Below, piece by piece: positions 56,249 to 64,000 of a stretch of 64,000 bases of DNA; the first letter of the stretch is position 1; each line of letters begins with the position of its first letter. The notes under the pieces were generated by a model. It was not told the origin of the DNA. It worked only from the letters and a program-made list of their open reading frames with translations, and searched no databases. Made by a program: the position numbers and the translations under genes. The stretch comes from Bacillota bacterium (GTDB lineage: Bacteria > Bacillota > Clostridia > Christensenellales > UMGS416), in contig JAEEJN010000089.1 in NCBI GenBank assembly GCA_016281935.1, positions 35,315-99,314 of the forward strand, given 5' to 3'.

Positions 56249-57251
56249 GATGGTTACCTCCAATGTTTTGGATCAGATGGATCAGCACGCGCCCCGCGGG
56301 CGAATCTGCATCTTTTCCCAGTTTCTGCACAGCTGCTTCGGTATTTACAGGACAGTCTGTCAGTTTATGAGAGATCGTGAAATCAAAATCCGTTTCCAGT
56401 GTATCCGATGAAAACAGTGTTTTTCGGAAAACAGGAGTTCCGCCGCATGAGCTGACCGTTTCATAATCCAGGCGGAAGAGACCTTCCGGGAACATGGATT
56501 CCGTATGATGCGGCAACGGACCGGAATCGCGCCAGATCCATGAAGGGGATGCGAAAACCGCTCTTTCATGGGAGATCGTTTCCGAGTCGATGATTGATTC
56601 CGGAAGCTGATTGCACGGCAGGCCGTATACACGCGAGAAAGCCAGCTCTAAAGCTTCTGCCATACGCATGACCGTAAGGTCAGGGCAGATCTCCTGAAGA
56701 TTCATGACCCGAGACCGTACGGAAGGCACTCCGCTTTTCTGCATTTTAAAAGGGGAGACGTGCAGATAATCAGACAGACGTGACTGATCGACGGAGATCA
56801 TGACCGTCCCGTGATGGAAAGCAGCGCCTCCGGAACGGTAATAAGCATGTCCGGAGAACTTTCTTCCCTCACAGATGAGATCGTTCCGTCCCGTCCTTTC
56901 CGCATGTATCCCGAAACTGCGCACGGCCTCCAGTATGACTTCCGTTTCTTTCTGCCGATCGGAATCATCCGTCGAGGAAAGAAATGTGAAATTCAAATTG
57001 CCCAGATCATGGAAGACAGCGCCGCCGCCGGACAGTCTGCGGGCCAGGTGGGCTCCGTCTTTTTCAAGACGCGAAGGATCGCATTCGGCCCAGGCATTCT
57101 GGTTTCTTCCGATTACGACTGTTTTTTCATTCTGCCAGAGATACAGGATACACTGGCCCTTTTGAACTGTCTGCAGAAGACCTTTCTCCAGGGCCAGGTT
57201 CCGGTATGGATCCGTACTCTCCGTACGGATCAAGTAAAGAGTACGGATCAT
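56241..57251 (-). CDS. lplA: Lipoate--protein ligase
   Basis: NLA.E, LWQN...VVIGRNQN, RR.SGGGAVFHD.GN, GRND, K.SG.A, HHGT, SVRSRV. Confidence 0.9.
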   Translation of the reverse strand: MIRTLYLIRTESTDPYRNLALEKGLLQTVQKGQCILYLWQNEKTVVIGRNQNAWAECDPSRLEKDGAHLARRLSGGGAVFHDLGNLNFTFLSSTDDSDRQKETEVILEAVRSFGIHAERTGRNDLICEGRKFSGHAYYRSGGAAFHHGTVMISVDQSRLSDYLHVSPFKMQKSGVPSVRSRVMNLQEICPDLTVMRMAEALELAFSRVYGLPCNQLPESIIDSETISHERAVFASPSWIWRDSGPLPHHTESMFPEGLFRLDYETVSSCGGTPVFRKTLFSSDTLETDFDFTISHKLTDCPVNTEAAVQKLGKDADSPAGRVLIHLIQNIGGNHHV

Positions 57252-57260
57252 CAATGAGGA

Positions 57261-58703
57261 TCAATTTTCGTCAAAGAGGTACTTGAGGATCGGTTTGCGG
57301 GCAGCCAGGACGTCGTCAGGCCGCGTGATCGTCTTCGTCAGAGGCGCAGCATGCAGCATTTCTGGCTGTTCATGTGCTTCTTTCCAGATTTGGATCAGCG
57401 CGTCACAGGCAGCATCCAGCGTTTCCTGAGATTCAGTTTCTGTCGGTTCGATCATGAGCGCCTCATGTACGATAAGAGGGAAATACATTGTCGGCGGATG
57501 AATACCGAAGTCCAGAAGCCTTTTGGCTACATCCATGGCATTGACGCCTGTTTCCGCTTTCAGGGGCCCTATGTCCATGACGAATTCGTGCATGCAGGGC
57601 TGCGGATAAGGCATGGTATAGTACTCACTCAGCCGTTTCATCATGTAATTGGCGTTCAGCACAGCACCTTCCGATGCCTCGGGAATGCCCTTGCGGCCAA
57701 GTGTCAGGATGTAGGTCAGTGCTCGTACGACCACAAGGAAATTGCCGTAGAAACTGCGCACTCTTCCCATCGTCTGTTCCGGATCGAAAAGGCTGTACTT
57801 TCCGTTCTCTTCTCTGACACGAGAAGAGGGAAGGAAGGGAGCAAGGAAAGCTTTGCAGCCTACAGGACCCGAACCGGGGCCTCCGCCGCCGTGAGGCGTG
57901 GAGAATGTCTTGTGCAGATTGACATGCACGCAGTCAAAGCCCATGTCTCCGGGACGGGCCTGCCCCATGACGGCATTCAGGTTTGCACCGTCATAGTAGC
58001 AAAGGCCGCCGGCTTCATGAACTGTCTTTGTGATCTCGAGGATGTTTGGATCAAACAACCCCAGCGTGTTGGGATTTGTGAGCATGAGACCGGCAGTATC
58101 AGGACCCACGGCGTTTTTCAGAGCCTGAAGGTCTACACCGCCTTCCGGGTTGGAAGGAATGGATACGACCGAGAAACCTGCCATGACGGCAGATGCAGGA
58201 TTCGTGCCGTGAGCCGAGTCGGGAACGATGATCTTGGTGCGCTGGGCAAGTTCTCCGCGCGTTTCATGATACTTGCGGATCAGAAGCAGTCCTGTATATT
58301 CACCATGAGCACCTGCAGCGGGCTGCATCGTCATGGCATCCATTCCCGTGATCTCAGCAATCAGCTTCTCCGTATCATACAGGACGCGGAGAGCACCCTG
58401 AACGGTCTCTGCCGGCTGAAGAGGATGGATCTGAACAAAACCGGGAAGGGAAGATGCCGCTTCATTCACGCGGGGATTGTATTTCATCGTGCAGGATCCA
58501 AGGGGATAGAAGCCGCAGTTCACACCGTAGGTTTCCTTGGAAAGGGCCGTATAGTGACGGTCAAGATCAACTTCTGCCATTTCGGGCAGCCGCGGTGCGC
58601 TGCTGCGCAGACAGGCCGGATCCAGAGCATATTCCGGTACGTCACAGACGGGGATGAGGCATTCACCGCGTCCAGGACGGCTTTCTTCAAACAGAAGCTT
58701 CAT
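57261..58703 (-). CDS. gcvPB: Glycine dehydrogenase (decarboxylating) subunit 2
   Basis: PLGSCTMKYNP, QPAAGAHGE, SAHGTNPASA, NLHKTFSTPHGGGGPG (PLP lysine), IEPTETE. Confidence 0.96.
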   Translation of the reverse strand: MKLLFEESRPGRGECLIPVCDVPEYALDPACLRSSAPRLPEMAEVDLDRHYTALSKETYGVNCGFYPLGSCTMKYNPRVNEAASSLPGFVQIHPLQPAETVQGALRVLYDTEKLIAEITGMDAMTMQPAAGAHGEYTGLLLIRKYHETRGELAQRTKIIVPDSAHGTNPASAVMAGFSVVSIPSNPEGGVDLQALKNAVGPDTAGLMLTNPNTLGLFDPNILEITKTVHEAGGLCYYDGANLNAVMGQARPGDMGFDCVHVNLHKTFSTPHGGGGPGSGPVGCKAFLAPFLPSSRVREENGKYSLFDPEQTMGRVRSFYGNFLVVVRALTYILTLGRKGIPEASEGAVLNANYMMKRLSEYYTMPYPQPCMHEFVMDIGPLKAETGVNAMDVAKRLLDFGIHPPTMYFPLIVHEALMIEPTETESQETLDAACDALIQIWKEAHEQPEMLHAAPLTKTITRPDDVLAARKPILKYLFDEN

Positions 58704-60016
58704 CGCACTGCCTCCTTAACCAGGTCGACCAGACGGTCGATTTCCTTTTTGCCATTCAATTCCGTGGCGCACCACAGGATACCGCCTTCGATCGGGAGAC
58801 CTCCCAAAATGCCCTGTTCCGCTAGCTTTTCGTTCAGGATGATTGGGTCGATGGGACAGGTCATCAGAAATTCGTGGAAGAATTCACTGTCTTCCACAAG
58901 AGCAAATCCCTCAATCTCTGAAAGCCGGGCCGCGAGGTAATGGGCATGGGAGACGGAATTCAATGCGACTCGACGGAGCCCTTCCGGTCCTACGGCAGCC
59001 AGATAGACGGAAGCGGTCATGGCACAGAGAGCTTCATTGGAGCAGATGTTGGATGAGGCTTTTTCTCTGCGGATGTGCTGTTCACGGGCCTGAAGCGTAA
59101 GAACGTAAGCTCTGCGTCCCTGGGTATCCTCGGTTTGTCCGACGATGCGTCCGGGAAGTTTGCGCATGAGTTCTTTCGTCGTGGCCATGAATCCCAGATA
59201 CGGTCCTCCAAAGGAAAGGGGAAGTCCGAGAGGCTGGCCTTCACCGCATGCGATATCGGCTCCGTATTCTCCGGGAGTCTTCAGAAGACCGAGAGAAATG
59301 GGATTGACGTTCATGACGGCTTTGGCTCCGGCCTCGTGCGTGATGCCGATCAGCGTTTCTGCGTCTTCCAGGATCCCAAAATAGTTAGGCTGCTGGAAGC
59401 AGACGCTCGCACATTCCGAATCCAACAGTTTCCGGAGAGCTTCCGGATCTGTTGCATGGTTTTTCATAGGTATGACGGTGAGAGGCACGTTGCGGGACTC
59501 GCAGTATGTCTGTACCACGGTCAGTACGTCGGGATTGACTGCTTCGGAAATGAGGACCTTTTTCTTCCTGCGTCCGTCGACGTTCATGAGAACGGATTCG
59601 GCAGCAGCAACGGCACCGTCATAGACGGAAGCGTTGGAGACTTCCATCCCGGTCAGTTCGCAGATCTGTGTCTGGTATTCGAAAATCGACTGAAGAACTC
59701 CTTGGCTGATCTCCGCCTGATAAGGAGTGTAGGCGGTCACGAACTCTTCTTTGGTCGTAACTGTCGTTACGATGGAAGGAATGTAATGACGATAGGCACC
59801 GGCTCCGCGGAACACAGAAGCGAATACTCTGTTCTCACCTGCAAGTGAAGCCATTCTGGCACTGACTTCCATTTCAGTCAGCCCGTCAGGCAGATTGAGA
59901 TCGTGAATGCGCGCTTCAGGAGGAATGCAGGAAAAGAGTTCATCCGGAGATCCCATTCCTACAGTCTTCAGCATTCGGGCGCGTTCTTCTTCAGTGGAAG
60001 GAATATAGCTTCCCAT
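58700..60016 (-). CDS. gcvPA: Glycine dehydrogenase (decarboxylating) subunit 1
   Basis: TAYTPYQAEISQG.LQ, NAS.YDG, FGGP.LG, LQAREQHIRREKA.SNICSN. Confidence 0.96.
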   Translation of the reverse strand: MGSYIPSTEEERARMLKTVGMGSPDELFSCIPPEARIHDLNLPDGLTEMEVSARMASLAGENRVFASVFRGAGAYRHYIPSIVTTVTTKEEFVTAYTPYQAEISQGVLQSIFEYQTQICELTGMEVSNASVYDGAVAAAESVLMNVDGRRKKKVLISEAVNPDVLTVVQTYCESRNVPLTVIPMKNHATDPEALRKLLDSECASVCFQQPNYFGILEDAETLIGITHEAGAKAVMNVNPISLGLLKTPGEYGADIACGEGQPLGLPLSFGGPYLGFMATTKELMRKLPGRIVGQTEDTQGRRAYVLTLQAREQHIRREKASSNICSNEALCAMTASVYLAAVGPEGLRRVALNSVSHAHYLAARLSEIEGFALVEDSEFFHEFLMTCPIDPIILNEKLAEQGILGGLPIEGGILWCATELNGKKEIDRLVDLVKEAVR

Positions 60017-60021
60017 CCGCT

Positions 60022-60405
60022 TTACTCCTTTTCAGATTCACAGTGCTGGGCATAGGCGGCAGCATCCATCAGTTCGACGCGCTCTGAGATGTCAGAGACA
60101 CGGATCAGCCAGGCATCGTACGGAGCTTCGTTGACCAGAGCAGGGTTATCGAGAAGTTCCTCGTTCACGGATTCAACTGTTCCGCTGACAGGAGAGAAGA
60201 CCTCGGCGACAGCTTTCACGGATTCGACGTCCGCGAAAGATTCACCTGCAGTTACAGCATCACCGACGGCGGGGAGATTGATGAAGACGATATCGCCCAT
60301 GGCATCCTGCGCAAAGTCGCTCAGGCCGATCGTAGCGATCCCGCTCTCTTCACTGATCCATTCATGGCTGTTGGTGTATTTGACGTTTTCAGGGATGTTG
60401 CTCAT
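60022..60405 (-). CDS. gcvH: Glycine cleavage system H protein
   Basis: HEW, G.S..AQ...GD.VF, VESVKA lipoyl lysine, N..PY..WL. Confidence 0.96.
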   Translation of the reverse strand: MSNIPENVKYTNSHEWISEESGIATIGLSDFAQDAMGDIVFINLPAVGDAVTAGESFADVESVKAVAEVFSPVSGTVESVNEELLDNPALVNEAPYDAWLIRVSDISERVELMDAAAYAQHCESEKE

Positions 60406-60428
60406 GAGATGTTTCCTCCGTATCTGTG

Positions 60429-61520
60429 TTATTTCGTTTCGGTCTTATAGAAAACGTAAGGGACGACCTGGCAGGTGACCCGCCGTCCGCGTACGTCTGC
60501 TTCCACTTCCGTGCCGATTGCACTGTACGCTCGATCAACTAAGGCCATGGCGACAGGTTTGCCGATATAGGGGCAGTGTGTGCCTGAAGTGCTGTGCCCG
60601 ATCAGAGTATCTCCGACATAGAGGTCCTGATGTTCACGTACGATGCCTCTGCCTGTGATCTCAAGGCCGACACGCACCCGCGTCGGTTCGCCTTTGGCAA
60701 TCAGTGCTTCACGGCCGATGAATTCCGCTTTGTCCAGTTTAACGCCAAAACCAAGTCCTGCTTCAAGGGGAGAGATCTCTTCGTCCATCTCATGACCGTA
60801 AAGCGGCATGCCCGCTTCCAGACGAAGCGTATCGCGAGCACCCAATCCGCAGGGAATCAGTCCAAAGGGCTCTCCGGTACGGCGAAGGAGACGCCAGAGT
60901 TTTTCAGCATTCTCGTTGGCAGTGTAGATCTCATAACCGAGTTCACCTGTATAGCCGGTACGGGAGATCATGCATTCCATATCTTCAATCATGATACCGC
61001 GTTTGGCTGTGTAATAGCCTTTAGGAATCTGGTTTTCCGGTACGAGGCGGGAGAGGATGTCTCTGGAACGGGGGCCCTGGAGAGCAATCTCCGCAGTGAC
61101 GGGGGAGAGGTCTTCGGCTTCTGTGCCCGGCAGAAGATTTGCGCAGATATGGGCATAATCCTTATCCTTGTTGGAGGCGTTCACGACGGCGAGATAATCT
61201 TCATCACCGAACTTGTAGATGATCAGATCATCCACACAGCCGCCCTTTTCGTTGCACATGACCGTATAGCGGACCTTTCCGATCTTCATGTTTGTGAAAT
61301 CGTTGGTCATGATGTGATTCAGTGTCTGAAGGGCTGTGGGGCCGGTGAACCGGATCTCGCCCATGTGAGAGACATCGAACATCCCGCAGGCTTCCCGCAC
61401 TGCCATGTGTTCGCGAATGACGCCGGTACCGTACTGAACGGGGAGAAGGTATCCGGCAAAAGGCACGATTTTTCCGCCCTCTTCTTCATGGATGGCGTAC
61501 AGCGGTGTTTTTTTCTCCAT
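60429..61520 (-). CDS. gcvT: Aminomethyltransferase (glycine cleavage T protein)
   Basis: FDVSHMGE, VVNASN, ALQGP, SRTGYTGE.GYE, GLGARDTLRLEAG..LYG. Confidence 0.96.
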   Translation of the reverse strand: MEKKTPLYAIHEEEGGKIVPFAGYLLPVQYGTGVIREHMAVREACGMFDVSHMGEIRFTGPTALQTLNHIMTNDFTNMKIGKVRYTVMCNEKGGCVDDLIIYKFGDEDYLAVVNASNKDKDYAHICANLLPGTEAEDLSPVTAEIALQGPRSRDILSRLVPENQIPKGYYTAKRGIMIEDMECMISRTGYTGELGYEIYTANENAEKLWRLLRRTGEPFGLIPCGLGARDTLRLEAGMPLYGHEMDEEISPLEAGLGFGVKLDKAEFIGREALIAKGEPTRVRVGLEITGRGIVREHQDLYVGDTLIGHSTSGTHCPYIGKPVAMALVDRAYSAIGTEVEADVRGRRVTCQVVPYVFYKTETK

Positions 61521-61538
61521 TTTGTCTCCTTTCAAACG

Positions 61539-61573
61539 AAAAAGGGCGCAAAGCATCCCATGCTTTTTGCCCC
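61539..61573 (-). terminator. Expression-platform terminator of the glycine riboswitch
   Basis: Minus strand GGGGCAAAAAGCAT-ggg-ATGCTTTGCGCCC-TTTTT; its 5' arm overlaps the 3' strand of aptamer 2 P1. Confidence 0.7.
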
Positions 61574-61752
61574 TGTGTGGAACCTGAAAGATTCTCCGCC
61601 GATCATGTACCGGAATCGGGATCCCGGCGGATTGCTTCTTCGGTGCGCCTGAGCGCTCTCCCGAGTTTCGTCCGGAGCCGGTCCTTTTGCCTGAGAGTGA
61701 TTGCGGCCCCTTCGGCGCCGGTGTGTCCGGTCTCTCCCAACTCCATCATCCG
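61570..61752 (-). ncRNA. Tandem glycine riboswitch
   Basis: Two aptamers, each with GGAGA...CCGAAG..GCAA...CT(C/T)TCAGG, a GGATGA leader and GGACGAA linker; directly upstream of gcvT. Confidence 0.92.
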
Positions 61753-61774
61753 AATATGCACTTTTCACCTTCCT

Positions 61775-61803
61775 AGGATACAATGATAAGCCGGATTTGT
61801 CAA
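61775..61803 (-). promoter_or_regulatory. Sigma-A promoter of the gcv operon
   Basis: TTGACA-17 nt-TATCCT on the minus strand. Confidence 0.65.
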
Positions 61804-61923
61804 TGACGAAAGGCTGTTCCGACAACCTTGTTCTTGGTTCTTCCGGATGCTATAATAGACACAAGTTTTTTCGGAATCTCCGAAAAAAAGCCTGTTTAGC
61901 AAACAAAAAGGAAGGATGTAAGC

Positions 61924-63309
61924 ATGCTGCCACAGGAACATGTAGCCAGAGCTTTGCAAAAGGCTCTTTCGACCGGCGGCGATTTCGCTGAACTGTATGC
62001 GGAAGACGCACGCACCAACTCGCTGACCATGATCGGAGGCGCGCTTGAGGACGCAGTCGCAGGGAGAGATCATGGAGCGGGGATCCGTGTCTTCAAAGGC
62101 AAGGATACCGTATATGTCTATACAAATGATACTTCATTGGAAGGTCTGCTTTCTGCAGCGGAACAGGCAGCACAGGCTGTTGCGAGCGACAGGGTCAGGG
62201 TGCCGGATCTTGTGCTGGCGCACCGTGTTCTGACAGAAAACCATCCTGTAAGGGAATGGCCTTATAACGTGGCTACACCTGAAAAACTGGACTTTCTCCG
62301 CGCAGGTCATGCTGCCATGAAAGCATATTCTCCTGAGATTACACAGACACAGGTCCTCTATTCGGATGTGACGCAGCACGTTCTGATCGCCAATTCTCAG
62401 GGACTGTGGGTAGAAGATGACCGTACGCGCATCCGCCTGCATCAGTATGCTGTGGCATCTTCGAACGGTCAGACCCAGACAGGGCATGTGGGTCCAGGCT
62501 TCAATGCCGGATTCGAATCCATACGCGGACTGGACGTGGAAGCCGATGGCAGAAATGCAGCCCGCCAGGCAGTAACAATGCTTCATGCCGATTATTGTCC
62601 GGCAGGCCGCATGCCCGTAGCGATCGAAAACGGATTCGGCGGGGTGATTTTCCATGAAGCTTGCGGACATGCACTGGAAGCGACGTCTGTCGGCAAAGGC
62701 AATTCCGTATTCTGTGGGAAACTCGGACAGCAGATTGCCGATCTTCGTGTGACTGCTGTTGATGACGGTACGATGCCCAACGCCTGGGGGTCCAGAAATA
62801 TCGATGACGAAGGACAGCCGACAAGAAGAAACGTACTGATCGAAAAAGGTATCCTGAAAAGCTATCTCGTCGACAGGCTTGGGGCAATGCGACTGAAGCT
62901 TGAAGCAAACGGATGTGCCAGAAGGCAGAATTATGCTTTTGCGCCTACATCGAGAATGAGCAATACCTTCATTGCTCCCGGTGAGGATGATGACAATGAG
63001 ATCATTTCAACGATGGGCGATGGACTGTACTGCGCTTCCATGGGCGGCGGTTCCGTGAATCCTCTGACCGGCGATTTCAACTTTGCGGTGAATGAAGCCT
63101 ATCTTGTGCGGGATGGAAAGATCACAGTTCCCGTGCGCGGGGCAACTCTGATCGGCAAGGGATCGGAAATACTCTGGAAAATCGACAGAGTCGGAAAACA
63201 CATGCTGACCGGTCAGGGCATGTGCGGTTCTCTTTCCGGAAGCATTCCCGCCGATGTGGGCCAGCCCCTGATCCGCGTGAGCGAGATCACTGTAGGCGGA
63301 CGGAAATAG
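61924..63309 (+). CDS. tldD: TldD metalloprotease
   Basis: GGDFAE.Y.E, FHEACGH (HExxxH), DDEG, RM.NT.I, GG.V, G.CG.......GQP. Confidence 0.92.
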   Translation: MLPQEHVARALQKALSTGGDFAELYAEDARTNSLTMIGGALEDAVAGRDHGAGIRVFKGKDTVYVYTNDTSLEGLLSAAEQAAQAVASDRVRVPDLVLAHRVLTENHPVREWPYNVATPEKLDFLRAGHAAMKAYSPEITQTQVLYSDVTQHVLIANSQGLWVEDDRTRIRLHQYAVASSNGQTQTGHVGPGFNAGFESIRGLDVEADGRNAARQAVTMLHADYCPAGRMPVAIENGFGGVIFHEACGHALEATSVGKGNSVFCGKLGQQIADLRVTAVDDGTMPNAWGSRNIDDEGQPTRRNVLIEKGILKSYLVDRLGAMRLKLEANGCARRQNYAFAPTSRMSNTFIAPGEDDDNEIISTMGDGLYCASMGGGSVNPLTGDFNFAVNEAYLVRDGKITVPVRGATLIGKGSEILWKIDRVGKHMLTGQGMCGSLSGSIPADVGQPLIRVSEITVGGRK

Positions 63310-63316
63310 GAGGCAG

Positions 63317-64000
63317 ATGATGCAGATTCAAGAATTTATGGATGCCCTGTTTGCCGCAGCTGAAAAAGCTGGGCTTAAGGATTATGAAGCGTATGCTACT
63401 GAATCCGACAGCTTTCGGGTTTCGGTGCAGAAGGCCGCTGTAGAAGATTACCGGGTCAACAGTTCCCGCACCGTCAGTTTCAGAGTCATTCAGGACGGAA
63501 AAGCTGGTTATGCGTTCACCCGTGCTCTGGACGATGATGCAATCGGCATGCTGATCCGGGAAGCGCTTCAGAACGCGCAGGTCGTGGATTCTGATGAACC
63601 TCAGTTTCTGTATGACGGCTCCGGGCGGTATGAGAAGATGACTTTTAATACGGCTGCTGTCCAGTCTATGACAGCAGCGGAAAAGATTGCTTTGGCCAGG
63701 AAACTGGAGGAAGCTGCTCTGGCACATCCCGAGGTAGCCCGTGTAAACAGCGCATCGGTTTCAACCACCGGCGGCCATGTCTATATCCAGAACAGCCGCG
63801 GACTGAAAGTCCATTATGACGACCGCATGCTTGCGGCAATGGTCATGCCCATCGTTCCAAACGGCGAAGGCTTTATCGGAGGATATGAATTTGCGCTGAC
63901 GCGTGATCCGTCTGAAGTCGACGTCGAAGAGGTCGCAGGTTCGGCAGTGAAGGAAGCTCTTGGAATGGTCGGAGCGTCGCCGCTGCCTTCCGGCACTTAT
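63317..64000 (+). CDS. pmbA: TldE/PmbA protein, N-terminal part; runs off the right edge
   Basis: RBS AGGAGG. Open frame MMQIQEFMDALFAAAEKAGLKDYEAY...FRVIQDGKAGYAFT...LGMVGASPLPSGTY to the window end; directly follows tldD. Confidence 0.8.
   Translation, partial: MMQIQEFMDALFAAAEKAGLKDYEAYATESDSFRVSVQKAAVEDYRVNSSRTVSFRVIQDGKAGYAFTRALDDDAIGMLIREALQNAQVVDSDEPQFLYDGSGRYEKMTFNTAAVQSMTAAEKIALARKLEEAALAHPEVARVNSASVSTTGGHVYIQNSRGLKVHYDDRMLAAMVMPIVPNGEGFIGGYEFALTRDPSEVDVEEVAGSAVKEALGMVGASPLPSGTY

Noticed and set aside
61924-64000. tldD-tldE as part of a RiPP/microcin cluster
   Set aside because: No precursor peptide or modifying enzymes in view; the pair is a common housekeeping module.

Overview
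A 64 kb core-chromosome segment from a Bacillota (Firmicutes) bacterium, most likely of class Clostridia. This is inferred from T-box leaders, near-consensus sigma-A promoters, split gcvPA/gcvPB, glnS next to gltX, a type-2 ileS and rpmH-rnpA-yidD-yidC-jag. It holds about 55 CDSs for housekeeping, sugar and amino-acid metabolism, with no rRNA, tRNA, CRISPR array or recognisable transposase/integrase. Known regulatory RNAs are a Trp T-box (trpB2), an Ile T-box (ileS) and a tandem glycine riboswitch (gcv operon). The standout feature lies upstream of the metNIQ methionine ABC transporter. In place of the S-box or Met T-box usual in Firmicutes there is a perfect sigma-A promoter, a 33-codon leader peptide with 9 Met and 3 Cys codons, an antiterminator arm overlapping the leader stop codon, and a mutually exclusive intrinsic terminator. 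This is the layout of a classical ribosome-mediated methionine attenuator. Other points of note are the break-up of the usual oriC gene neighbourhood, a structured rpmH leader and a palindrome over the gdhA -35 box. All calls come from reading the sequence and motifs by eye; no searches or folding programs were run.
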